In this document: positions 18,712 to 26,879 of the stretch, piece after piece | Layout: each line of letters opens with the position of its first letter | Numbering within the stretch: position 1 is the first letter of the stretch | From: a virus | Strand: one strand, 5' to 3' | Length of the DNA stretch: 64,000 nt | IMG/VR virus record: IMGVR_UViG_3300046506_000220 | Coordinates: 18,833 to 82,832 of that record | Position numbers and translations under genes: made by a program | The notes under the pieces: generated by a model | Databases searched by the model: none | Told to the model about the DNA's origin: nothing | Seen by the model: only the letters and a program-made list of their open reading frames with translations

Positions 18712-19610
18712 TGGCGCAGAAATTCGTCATCCTGACGAGTGGCAACCAGTGGGCTGTTCCGGCTGACTGTTCTGGCACGCTCGACAAGGTCGAGATGATC
18801 GGGGCCTCAGGCTCTGCCATGCGTGGTGGGGGTGCTGGTGGTAGTTACGCTGTCCAGCCGAACCTGGTCGTGGGCGCTCCGGGAACCGTGGTGAACTATC
18901 AGATAGGTGCGGCCCCCGTTGCGGGCACAAACAGTCCTGGTCCCTTCACTACACAGCGCTCATGGTTTCTCGATCAAACGAAGTACCGCGCAGGGGGTGG
19001 GACTTGCTGCTACAACAATGCAGCAGCACTAGCTACCCCCGACTCCGCTGTTCAAGCAGGAGGTACTTCGTACCTCGGCGGTAATGGCGGTGCCCAGGCT
19101 TCTACAGGTTCAGGTAATGGCGGGGGGGGTGGTGCGGCAGGGCCTTTGGGTGTTGGTGGTAAGGGGGGGTCTGCTGTTGGTTCAGGCACAGGCAGTGGAG
19201 GTGGTGGTGGCGCCAATAATGGTGTCGCTGCTGCTAATGGCACTAATGGCACTGCAACTGCAACGGCTGGTGGTAATTCGGGCACTGGTGGAGTCGGTGG
19301 TATCGCAGGTACTGCAACTGTTCCTAATGGTGGTGCCGGGGGTCCCGGTGCTGGCGGTGGGGGAGCTACCACGACCACAGGTGTTGGTGGTAAGGGCGGT
19401 GATGGTAACGGCATGGCTGATGGCTCTGTAGGCCCCGGTGGTGGGGGCGGTGGAGGGAAAGTCGCAAGTACCATGGGCGGCGCTGGTGGTCAGTATGGTG
19501 GTGGTCCCGGTGGTGGTACCGCGAATCAGGCAGGTACCCAAGGTCTCATCGTCCTCACCTACACACCCGTGGCCGCAGCCGCGCGGCGCATCGTATCGAT
19601 AGTGGTCTGA
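18708..19610 (+). CDS. Glycine-rich tail fibre-associated protein (putative adhesin)
   Basis: Coupled to the fibre gene. GGGGAAG / GGGGG loops resemble polyglycine II sandwich adhesins. Confidence 0.7.
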   Translation: MMAQKFVILTSGNQWAVPADCSGTLDKVEMIGASGSAMRGGGAGGSYAVQPNLVVGAPGTVVNYQIGAAPVAGTNSPGPFTTQRSWFLDQTKYRAGGGTCCYNNAAALATPDSAVQAGGTSYLGGNGGAQASTGSGNGGGGGAAGPLGVGGKGGSAVGSGTGSGGGGGANNGVAAANGTNGTATATAGGNSGTGGVGGIAGTATVPNGGAGGPGAGGGGATTTTGVGGKGGDGNGMADGSVGPGGGGGGGKVASTMGGAGGQYGGGPGGGTANQAGTQGLIVLTYTPVAAAARRIVSIVV

Positions 19611-19634
19611 GGACCCGTTTTTCGGAGGTCAATT

Positions 19635-19967
19635 ATGGCAATTCTGGATCGCATCGCAGCAGCCCGTGATGACCAGTTTTCCGCTCGCGTGGCGATGATC
19701 CTGATGAAGCTGTGTGTAGATGTGGCCAATGAAGACACCGGCTATATCAACCACGTGAACCGGCTTCATTTCGCAGAGCTGCACTTTCGCGCCCTGGTCA
19801 ACAGCAAGTCGCTGGCCGCGGCGATCATCGCCAACAACGGCACGATCCAGGCCGAGATCGACAGCGCGCCGGCTGAGCGTGGCGCGAATGTTCCGGACGG
19901 GGACCTCGAGTATGTGATCTCCGGACTCTACGACCATTTCGCCAACGCCTACGCGCAGGTCACCTGA
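19635..19967 (+). CDS. Hypothetical protein
   Basis: GGAGG RBS; in the operon. Confidence 0.65.
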   Translation: MAILDRIAAARDDQFSARVAMILMKLCVDVANEDTGYINHVNRLHFAELHFRALVNSKSLAAAIIANNGTIQAEIDSAPAERGANVPDGDLEYVISGLYDHFANAYAQVT

Positions 19968-20215
19968 TGAGCAGCGACCGGCAGTTCGAACAGATCGCGG
20001 ACCCTGTCAACCTCGTTGTGCGCTACACCGCCAGCGACGGCAGCAGGCAGCACGCCATCCTGCTCGAAGGTGCCCCGCTGTGGATCGAGTATCAGGCGTG
20101 GCTCGCGGCGGGCAACACCCTTGAGCCCGTTGAGGAGATGCAGGTGACCTTTAACGCGGCTGATCACACCTTCTCGCAGGACGTGTGGCAGGCTGCCATA
20201 GGAGAGAACTCATGA
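19967..20215 (+). CDS. Tail fibre assembly-like protein (N-terminal half)
   Basis: EYQAWLAAGNTLEP motif, common in fibre chaperone-like proteins. Confidence 0.5.
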   Translation: MSSDRQFEQIADPVNLVVRYTASDGSRQHAILLEGAPLWIEYQAWLAAGNTLEPVEEMQVTFNAADHTFSQDVWQAAIGENS

Positions 20216-20367
20216 TCCGGACCATCCTGCTGGTTGTACTGGTGCTGCTGCTGGTCGGTGCCTGGCCAGGCTGGCCGTACAGCACCGGCTGGGGCTATTA
20301 CCCGACGGGCATTCTGGGCGTGCTGCTGATTGTCGTGCTGGTGCTGGTGCTGCTCGGCCGATTGTGA
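20212..20367 (+). CDS. DUF3309-like small membrane protein
   Basis: ILLVVLVLLLVGAWPGWPYSTGWGYYPTGILG..LLGRL. ATG at 20212 after AGGAGA. Confidence 0.8.
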   Translation: MIRTILLVVLVLLLVGAWPGWPYSTGWGYYPTGILGVLLIVVLVLVLLGRL

Positions 20368-20397
20368 AGTTTGTGAAGACTGACACAGGAGTGAGGC

Positions 20398-20613
20398 ATG
20401 GAAAGCTTTCCCGACTGGGCCGTGCGCCAGACACATGCGCTCGCGGCCCTGTCGGAGTCGGACAGGACCGTGATCCGCTGCTATGAGAACGGGGTGCCGG
20501 TGCCGCCTGCGTGGGTGGCCTACCGCAAGGCACTGCGCCTGATCATTGCAGCCCCCACGGGTGACCCGGCGCAGCCACTGCCTGCGCGCCCCCCCTACCC
20601 GGTGGGGACCTGA
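20398..20613 (+). CDS. Tail fibre assembly chaperone-like protein (C-terminal half)
   Basis: ALSESD..WVAYRKALR..LPARP motif. Confidence 0.6.
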   Translation: MESFPDWAVRQTHALAALSESDRTVIRCYENGVPVPPAWVAYRKALRLIIAAPTGDPAQPLPARPPYPVGT

Positions 20614-20994
20614 ATGGACCTGAACGTCATGGACACGACCGTCAGTTCTGCCTGGGGCTGGATCGGGGGTGGCGGACTCGCAACCGTGGCGATGGCCGCC
20701 ATGCAACTGCGCCGGCGCCTCTCGCGCGACGATGTCGAGCGGCATAAGGACAGCGCCGAGAAAGACATCATCGACCGGCTCTCGGAAGAGCTGGACCGCG
20801 CGGACAGACGCGCCGAGGCGGCCGAGAAACGCAGCAACGAGGCGTTCGAGGCGCGCAATGCGCTGCTGCGTGAACTGGCGCCGATCCATTCAACGATGGC
20901 CGCGATGGAGGAACGGATGAAACAGCAGGCTGCACAGATCGTGACACAGCAGGAGGAGCTGGCGAGGCTGCGGGAGAAACGTCATGCCGACTAG
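20614..20994 (+). CDS. Membrane-anchored coiled-coil protein (holin/antiholin-like)
   Basis: N-terminal TM segment, then a coiled coil. First gene of the lysis cluster. Confidence 0.5.
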   Translation: MDLNVMDTTVSSAWGWIGGGGLATVAMAAMQLRRRLSRDDVERHKDSAEKDIIDRLSEELDRADRRAEAAEKRSNEAFEARNALLRELAPIHSTMAAMEERMKQQAAQIVTQQEELARLREKRHAD

Positions 20995-21454
20995 CGTACC
21001 GCAAGCCCTGATGGGCAGTATGCGCTTCCTGCGCGATGGCGTGGTGCTCACGCTCGTGCTGGCGGTGGCGCTCGGTGGCGCGATCGCGGGCTACTCGTAC
21101 AGCGAGTACCGCCTGCGCGTGATCGTGCTCAATTCGGCGGCCGAGCATCAGGCCGAGATCAGACGGCTGCAGGAGACGAATACGCGGGTGCTCGCGGCAC
21201 TGACCGCGCAGGTCCAGTCGGCCGCGCAGACCGCCAATATCGCTGGGGCCAGGGCCGCGAATGCAGCCGACCAGTCGGCGGTCGCGGCGCAAACCGCGAA
21301 GTCGGCCGCGGTCGAGACGGCGCGTGCCGCACAACGGCGGCCGACCATCGTCGTCACGCCTGTGGTACCGGAGCCCGCGCGCGCCAATCTGAACCGCGCG
21401 ATCGAGCGCACCAACCGTGCGATCGATCATACCAATCATCAGGAGCACAAATAA
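20984..21454 (+). CDS. Putative i-spanin (Rz-like)
   Basis: Single N-terminal TM plus an Ala-rich helical region. Precedes a small lipoprotein. Confidence 0.55.
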   Translation: MPTSVPQALMGSMRFLRDGVVLTLVLAVALGGAIAGYSYSEYRLRVIVLNSAAEHQAEIRRLQETNTRVLAALTAQVQSAAQTANIAGARAANAADQSAVAAQTAKSAAVETARAAQRRPTIVVTPVVPEPARANLNRAIERTNRAIDHTNHQEHK

Positions 21455-21642
21455 TGCGCACTGCCCTGCTGTGCCTGCTGCTTGCGGGTGGATGTGCCAC
21501 GCACGCGCCGGTTGCGCAGTGTCCGTCACTGCCCGTGCTCGTGAGCCAACCCAGCCCCGCCCAGCTGGCCGCCTATGCGCAGCAGGTGGTCGAGCTGTAC
21601 GGGCAATGTGCGACGTTGCAATCCTCTAAAGCTAACCCGTAG
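21454..21642 (+). CDS. Putative o-spanin (Rz1-like lipoprotein)
   Basis: Lipobox LLLAGGC; Pro-rich with additional Cys. Confidence 0.6.
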   Translation: MRTALLCLLLAGGCATHAPVAQCPSLPVLVSQPSPAQLAAYAQQVVELYGQCATLQSSKANP

Positions 21643-21648
21643 GAGTCC

Positions 21649-21894
21649 ATGATGAATGTACGTGCGAAATTCAAGGTGACGGAAGTGACCGATGCCGGCG
21701 ACGGCATGAAGATGATCAGGATGCGTCCCGTATACGGCGACAGTCCGGAAAACACGCAGTTCTTCAGGTGGACCCCCTCAGGCGAAATCTTCATGGGTGT
21801 GCTCAACCCGGCAGCATCGGCGCAGTTCCAGATGGGCCACGAGTATTACGTGGACTTCACGCGCGCCGATCCCGTTGAAGCAACCATCATCTGA
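21649..21894 (+). CDS. Hypothetical phage protein
   Basis: AGGAG RBS. VRAKFKV..EN..FFRWTPSG..YYVDFT. Confidence 0.65.
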   Translation: MMNVRAKFKVTEVTDAGDGMKMIRMRPVYGDSPENTQFFRWTPSGEIFMGVLNPAASAQFQMGHEYYVDFTRADPVEATII

Positions 21895-21918
21895 GCGGGG
21901 CATAACGGGGAGTCGGAC

Positions 21919-22431
21919 ATGGACAGTTTCCCGGACGCGTTCGCGAAGCTCATCGACGTCGAGAAGGGTCTGAGCCTGGACCCGAACGACCGCGGCAACT
22001 GGACCAGCGGCAGGATCGGCGTGGGCGAGCTGCGCGGCACGAAGTACGGCGTGAGCGCCATGTCCTACCCCACGCTCGACATCGCGAACCTCACGCTGGC
22101 CGACGCCCAGGCGATCTTCCGGCGCGATTTCTGGAACAGGGTGCAGGCCGACCTGTTCGTGCCCACGGTTGCGTTCCAGCTGTTTGACGCGGCGGTCAAC
22201 AGCGGCGTCGACGCCGCCATCCGGTGGTTGCAGAAGGCCGTGGACACCGCGCCCGATGGCGTGATTGGCAAATACACGCTCGCTGCCGTCGCGGCGCTCC
22301 CTCCCGCCGTCATCAACGCACGCCTTAATGCCTACCGGCTGCTGGACATGACCGGGATGGGCGGCTGGCAGGTCAACTCACGCGGCTGGGCGCGGCGCGT
22401 GGCGAACAACATCCTCGCGGGGGTGATATGA
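21919..22431 (+). CDS. Endolysin, glycoside hydrolase family 108
   Basis: EKG..DPNDRGNWT..GTKYGVS, FDAAVNSG, WLQKAV..DGVIG and GWARRV. Confidence 0.92.
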   Translation: MDSFPDAFAKLIDVEKGLSLDPNDRGNWTSGRIGVGELRGTKYGVSAMSYPTLDIANLTLADAQAIFRRDFWNRVQADLFVPTVAFQLFDAAVNSGVDAAIRWLQKAVDTAPDGVIGKYTLAAVAALPPAVINARLNAYRLLDMTGMGGWQVNSRGWARRVANNILAGVI

Positions 22432-23132
22432 GCAGCTGGTCAGACATCGCTGGCGCGATTGCCAAAGGAGCGCCGCTGCTGGGCAGTCTGTTGCCCGGAC
22501 CCGGCACGCTGGTCGGTGCCGGCGTGGGCGCCGCCGCCTCGATCGTGGCCTCCGCGCTCGGCGTGCCGGCCGACCCCGACAGCATCACGGCGGCCCTGCG
22601 TAATGACCCTGAGGCGCTCGCGAAGGTGCGGCAGGCCGAGCTGGACAACCAGGCGAAGCTCGCCGAGATCGCGATGCAGCGCGAGCAGAACGCGCTCGCC
22701 GCGCTTAACGCGCAGTACGCCGTCGCGGCAGCGGATCGTTCGGGCGCGCGCCAGTACGCGAGCGCCACGGAGGATCACACCGCGCGCAACCTCGCCTACC
22801 TGTACACGGGGGCGCTGTTCGCCGTGATCGCGGCGCACCTGTGGATCGTGGTGCTGCGCATCCCGATCGAGCCGGTGGCGATGAACATCATCAGCACGCT
22901 TGAGGGCGTGCTGATCGCGATGGTGCTCGGCTCCAAGGAGTTCTTCTTCGGCTCGTCGTCGAGCGCGGTGAAGCAGCAGGACAAGATCACCAACTTCGCG
23001 ACCTCGCCGGGTGCGGTGAGCGCGCCCGCCCCTGCTGCTGGCAATACGCTGACCACCACGATCCAGACGCCCAGTGACAGTCAGCAGACCGTCACCGTCG
23101 GGCCAGCGGACGACGTCTTCAGGGGGCATTGA
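22428..23132 (+). CDS. Holin-like membrane protein (3TM type)
   Basis: APLLGSLL.GP start, TM helices and the FFFGSS motif. Follows the endolysin. Confidence 0.7.
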   Translation: MSSWSDIAGAIAKGAPLLGSLLPGPGTLVGAGVGAAASIVASALGVPADPDSITAALRNDPEALAKVRQAELDNQAKLAEIAMQREQNALAALNAQYAVAAADRSGARQYASATEDHTARNLAYLYTGALFAVIAAHLWIVVLRIPIEPVAMNIISTLEGVLIAMVLGSKEFFFGSSSSAVKQQDKITNFATSPGAVSAPAPAAGNTLTTTIQTPSDSQQTVTVGPADDVFRGH

Positions 23133-23133
23133 G

Positions 23134-23496
23134 ATGCAGTTCAGACAGGGCCTGTGGTTTTTGCAACCGCGTCGGGACGACAGCCGTCGGATCGACGCAA
23201 TTTTTAGTCTGTTAGTCGATGTTTCTCACCAACTGGAGTTGATCATGAGCGCATTGGATGACCTGAAAGCCGAAGTCCAGGCAACCGTCGATGTCGAACA
23301 GTCGGCCGTCGTGCTGATCCAGGGCATTGCCGCCCAGCTGACCGAGGCGCTGGCGAATTCCGCCAGCCCGGATCCGGCGATCGCGGAGCTGACCACGAAG
23401 CTCAGCGCGAGCGCGGATGCGCTGGCGGCGGCCGTCGCGGCGAATACCCCGGCGCCCGCCCCCGCCCCGGCGCCGCCCGAGGCCGAGGCCCCGTAA
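23134..23496 (+). CDS. Hypothetical protein (start may be 23247)
   Basis: Helical Ala-rich ORF ending the late operon. Confidence 0.5.
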   Translation: MQFRQGLWFLQPRRDDSRRIDAIFSLLVDVSHQLELIMSALDDLKAEVQATVDVEQSAVVLIQGIAAQLTEALANSASPDPAIAELTTKLSASADALAAAVAANTPAPAPAPAPPEAEAP

Positions 23497-23652
23497 CAGA
23501 CACAGTGCGCGACGCAGCGGTGAGCCAGCCAACCGAGCCAACCAAGTTCCCCTCACATGCGCGCTGCCCCCTAGACAGGGTCTGCCAGGGCAAGGGGGAC
23601 GGCTGGACGTAACCCTCGCCTCGGTGCTTTCTCCGTTCACACCGAGGATTCC

Positions 23653-23679
23653 GGGAGCCTGTATGGCTCCCTTTTTTTA
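23653..23679 (+). terminator. Rho-independent terminator of the late operon
   Basis: GGGAGCC-TGTAT-GGCTCCC followed by T7. Confidence 0.85.
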
Positions 23680-23900
23680 TGCCTGTCTGACTATCTGTCC
23701 AACCATCATGACGCATGGTTAGCTTTGTTTCCTGCGTGCCTAGTTAATTGACTAGGTTTTCGCCTAGCCACCTAGGCGACTGGCTAGATGATTTGTTGTC
23801 TGGCATACACACAATCGAGTCAACCACCATCCAGCACGTTGAACTTGTCGTGTTGATCACTTATCCTCTTGCAACAATCAATCAAGTCTAAGGAGCCAGG

Positions 23901-24587
23901 ATGAGTGTGATCTGTATAGGAACAGAGAAGGGCGGCACTGGGAAAAGCACGCTGACTCAGAGTATTTCTGCCCTTCGAGTAGGGTTGAATTACAGGGTTG
24001 CGGTCGTCGACTTCGATAATCAGGGGACTACCGCGCTATGGGCCGATACTCGCGACGAGGATCAAGGGTTGAAGTCGATCAAGCTGGCCGTTCCACAGTA
24101 CAACTCGAAGGTGAGTCACGCGGACTACTTTGCTGGCTTCATCACTGACCTGGCAGCGAGTTACGACGACGTGTTCATTGACGTGGGTGGGAAAGACTAC
24201 GATGTCTTCCGCGCTGCACTGGTGGCCGCAGACAAGATCGTCGTGCCGCTGGAGCCAAGCCCAGCTGACCTGAACACCATGCCGCCGTTCGCCGCGCTGG
24301 TGGACGAGCTGCAAAAACTCATCGGCCGCAAGTTCGATGTGGGCGTGGTGCTCAACAAGGCCGACGATTCACCGATCATGCTGGCCGGGATGCTCGAAGG
24401 CATGGGCCAGTTCAAGAAGGTCGTGCCTCTGATGAAGACGCAGGTCGGAAACCGCGCCGCGTTCAAGCGCGCGACGGAGGAGGGCAGGGGCGTCACCGAG
24501 CTGGTTCGCGTCAAGGGCAAGACCAAGCCCGATCTGGCCGCGATGAACGAGATCAAGGACCTGTACCTGGAGATTTTCGGAAAATGA
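23901..24587 (+). CDS. parA: ParA-family (type Ib) partition ATPase
   Basis: Deviant Walker A KGGTGKST, VDFDNQG and FIDVGG. Confidence 0.93.
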   Translation: MSVICIGTEKGGTGKSTLTQSISALRVGLNYRVAVVDFDNQGTTALWADTRDEDQGLKSIKLAVPQYNSKVSHADYFAGFITDLAASYDDVFIDVGGKDYDVFRAALVAADKIVVPLEPSPADLNTMPPFAALVDELQKLIGRKFDVGVVLNKADDSPIMLAGMLEGMGQFKKVVPLMKTQVGNRAAFKRATEEGRGVTELVRVKGKTKPDLAAMNEIKDLYLEIFGK

Positions 24588-25063
24588 AGGCACACATCCG
24601 ACGCACGAGGAATGAACTGATCGGCGAGCTTCAGAAGGCCGAACCGGTGATTCAGGAAGCCCCTCCGGAGTCGCAGAAGCCTACGGCTGAACAGGTTGTG
24701 GCCGATCACAAGGCAGCACAGGCGCGCAGGCAGAACGGTAGCCCCGCACCCGAAACACCCGCTGCCGCCGCACCGCAGCCCGCTGGCGCAGTTTCCGTGC
24801 CCCAGCCGATGCCCACCCCCCTTCCTGCCAGACCAGCCGTTTCTACGGCCGCGGCTTTGCCGAGCGGGTACGTAAGCAAGCGGGGGGTGCGTGACCGGGG
24901 GCAGGCGCTGAACGTTTCGATTCCGACGCCGCTCTTCGCGCGGCTCCAGGCGCTGTCAGCGAACACTGGCATTACGCAGAAGGACATCGTGGCGACGGCG
25001 CTGGAGAAGGAGCTGGCGCTGATCGAGTTTGAGATGCAGCAGGAGGCACAGCCGAAGAGTTGA
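24584..25063 (+). CDS. Partition partner with C-terminal ribbon-helix-helix (ParG-like)
   Basis: Coupled to parA. Disordered N-terminus, then LNVSIPTPLFARLQALS..TQKDIVATAL. Confidence 0.7.
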   Translation: MKAHIRRTRNELIGELQKAEPVIQEAPPESQKPTAEQVVADHKAAQARRQNGSPAPETPAAAAPQPAGAVSVPQPMPTPLPARPAVSTAAALPSGYVSKRGVRDRGQALNVSIPTPLFARLQALSANTGITQKDIVATALEKELALIEFEMQQEAQPKS

Positions 25064-25067
25064 GATC

Positions 25068-25428
25068 TATTGGGACATTTTCCGGGTTGGCTGAGAGTTT
25101 TCCACAGCCAACTTGGTTTTTAGAAAGACGTTTTTTCGTTTTAACTACGTTTTAGCCTTTCCAAGCTATTGATTTTCAAGCAGTAAACGCTGCCTATTGG
25201 GACATTTTCCGGGTTCTATTGGGACATTTCCCGGGTTCAAAGGGACATTTCCCGGGTTATTGGGACATTTTCCGGTTTGGGGCCAGGTCGCTTCCGGCAG
25301 TTATCCACAGGGTACAGCCAGTTCAAGCGGGCTATGGGCGAATTCAACCGTCTATTAGCCAAGGTCAAGCTGTTGTAGGATTGGGACATCCTAAAGTTTT
25401 GCCCCAATAACCCGGAAAATGTCCCAAT
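25068..25428 (+). repeat. Iteron-containing plasmid origin
   Basis: TATTGGGACATTTYCCGGKTT-like repeats at 25068, 25195, 25217, about 25239 and 25258. AT-rich tract about 25110-25190. DnaA box TTATCCACA at 25301. An inverted iteron at 25409-25428 overlaps the rep start, which suggests autorepression. Confidence 0.92.
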
Positions 25429-26173
25429 GAATTCTCCGCTTCCTAAGTCGATGCCAGTCACTGAGCTGCACGTTAACATGAGCAACGCCTTGACGCGGGC
25501 TGCACACAGCTTGAGTCTCGCGGAGAAGAGGGTCGTCGCCGCGTGCATCGCGCAGTGTGACTCCGTTCCGATGAAGGAGCTGGAGCGCGACGGAGCGTGG
25601 ACCGTTCGGCTGCGGGCGACAGACTTCGCAGAGACCTATGGCATCGACGCAACCACAGCCTATGAGCAGCTGAAGGATGCAACAGACGTGCTGATGAAGC
25701 GTCAGGTCACCTTCACGGTGCCAGCGAAGCGCGGGCCGCGCGTCATCAAGTACCAGTGGGTGGGAAAGGCTGTGTATTACCACGGGGAAGGGTGGATCGA
25801 GATCGAATGGTCCAAGGACATCGTTCCGCATCTGTTCGGGCTGCGCAAAGAGTTCGTCTCGTACAAACTGAAGCACGCGGCGGCGCTCCGCTCGCTCTAT
25901 TCGTGGCGGCTGTTCGAGTGCCTGAAGTCCTGGCAGGGGACCGGTGAGTGGTCGCCAACGATCGAGGAGTTCAGTCACGCGATGGATGTTCCTGACAAGT
26001 ACCGGGCGAATTTCAAAGAGACTCGTGTACGGGTGATCGAGCCAGCGGTGGCTGAGCTGCGGGAGAAGAGCGGGCTGTTGGTGGAATGGGAGACCAAAAC
26101 CGCTGGACGGAAGGTCGTAGGATTACACTTCAAATTCGAAGTAAGCCCCCAGCAACAACTCGCGTTGGAGTAG
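25427..26173 (+). CDS. repB: Plasmid replication initiator (Rep_3/RepB family)
   Basis: SNALTRAAHSLSLAEKR, LRSLYSWRLFE, VIEPAVAEL and GRKVVGLHF. Adjacent to the iterons. Confidence 0.93.
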   Translation: MNSPLPKSMPVTELHVNMSNALTRAAHSLSLAEKRVVAACIAQCDSVPMKELERDGAWTVRLRATDFAETYGIDATTAYEQLKDATDVLMKRQVTFTVPAKRGPRVIKYQWVGKAVYYHGEGWIEIEWSKDIVPHLFGLRKEFVSYKLKHAAALRSLYSWRLFECLKSWQGTGEWSPTIEEFSHAMDVPDKYRANFKETRVRVIEPAVAELREKSGLLVEWETKTAGRKVVGLHFKFEVSPQQQLALE

Positions 26174-26555
26174 TCATGTTCACATCAACCACTGAGCTTT
26201 TCCTGACCTACCTTGCTGTCCGGGCCGGCTTTCGGCGCAGTGCACACGTCGATTACGGCGGGCTGCGCACTGAGTGGTCGTACGAGGAATGGCTGGACAT
26301 CATGTTGAAGAACGAGGACCAGCCAGCAGACGCTGGCTGATTTCAGTAAGACTTTGCGAGGCGGAGCACGATAGGATTTTGTGGTTTGCCAAACGCGACT
26401 AACCGTCTGCCCGCCCGTACTCTGCGCATGCAGACCGCTAGTTGCGTTATCCACAAAACCCGGCGCGCATAAAACTTTCATTACGTTACAAAAAAATTTT
26501 TCGTGAACTGACGTTCGATAAATAGAATATTACGTTTTCGACCTCGTCAGCTTCC

Positions 26556-26879
26556 ATGAAAATCGAAGACCGAGAACGCCTCGAAGCCAGACGCGGCCAG
26601 CAGCTATGCACGGCGAACGGCTACCTCCACTACAGGCGCTTCGCCAATGGCCGTGACGCGGCGCTGATGCCGCTCCTCTACACGGTCGCCATCATCACCG
26701 ACCTGACCGAATGGGGCTACGGCGACCGCTGGTGCTACCACACTCTCTTTGACGCCAGCGAGGCGCTCGATGCGTGGGACGGCGGGGAGGGCACCGAACC
26801 CACCGGCTGGCACCGCCATCCCGACACGGGCCGCAGGCGCGAGGACGGTGACCCGGCCCGGGAAGAGGTTCGCCCATGA
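26556..26879 (+). CDS. Hypothetical phage protein
   Basis: First ORF after an AT-rich promoter-like region. GYGDRWCY..EPTGWHRHP. Confidence 0.65.
   Translation: MKIEDRERLEARRGQQLCTANGYLHYRRFANGRDAALMPLLYTVAIITDLTEWGYGDRWCYHTLFDASEALDAWDGGEGTEPTGWHRHPDTGRRREDGDPAREEVRP

Noticed and set aside
25068-25280. Direct repeats of about 21 bp that could be mistaken for a CRISPR array
   Set aside because: The repeats are nearly adjacent with no unique spacers, lie next to rep and a DnaA box, and no cas genes are present. They are iterons.
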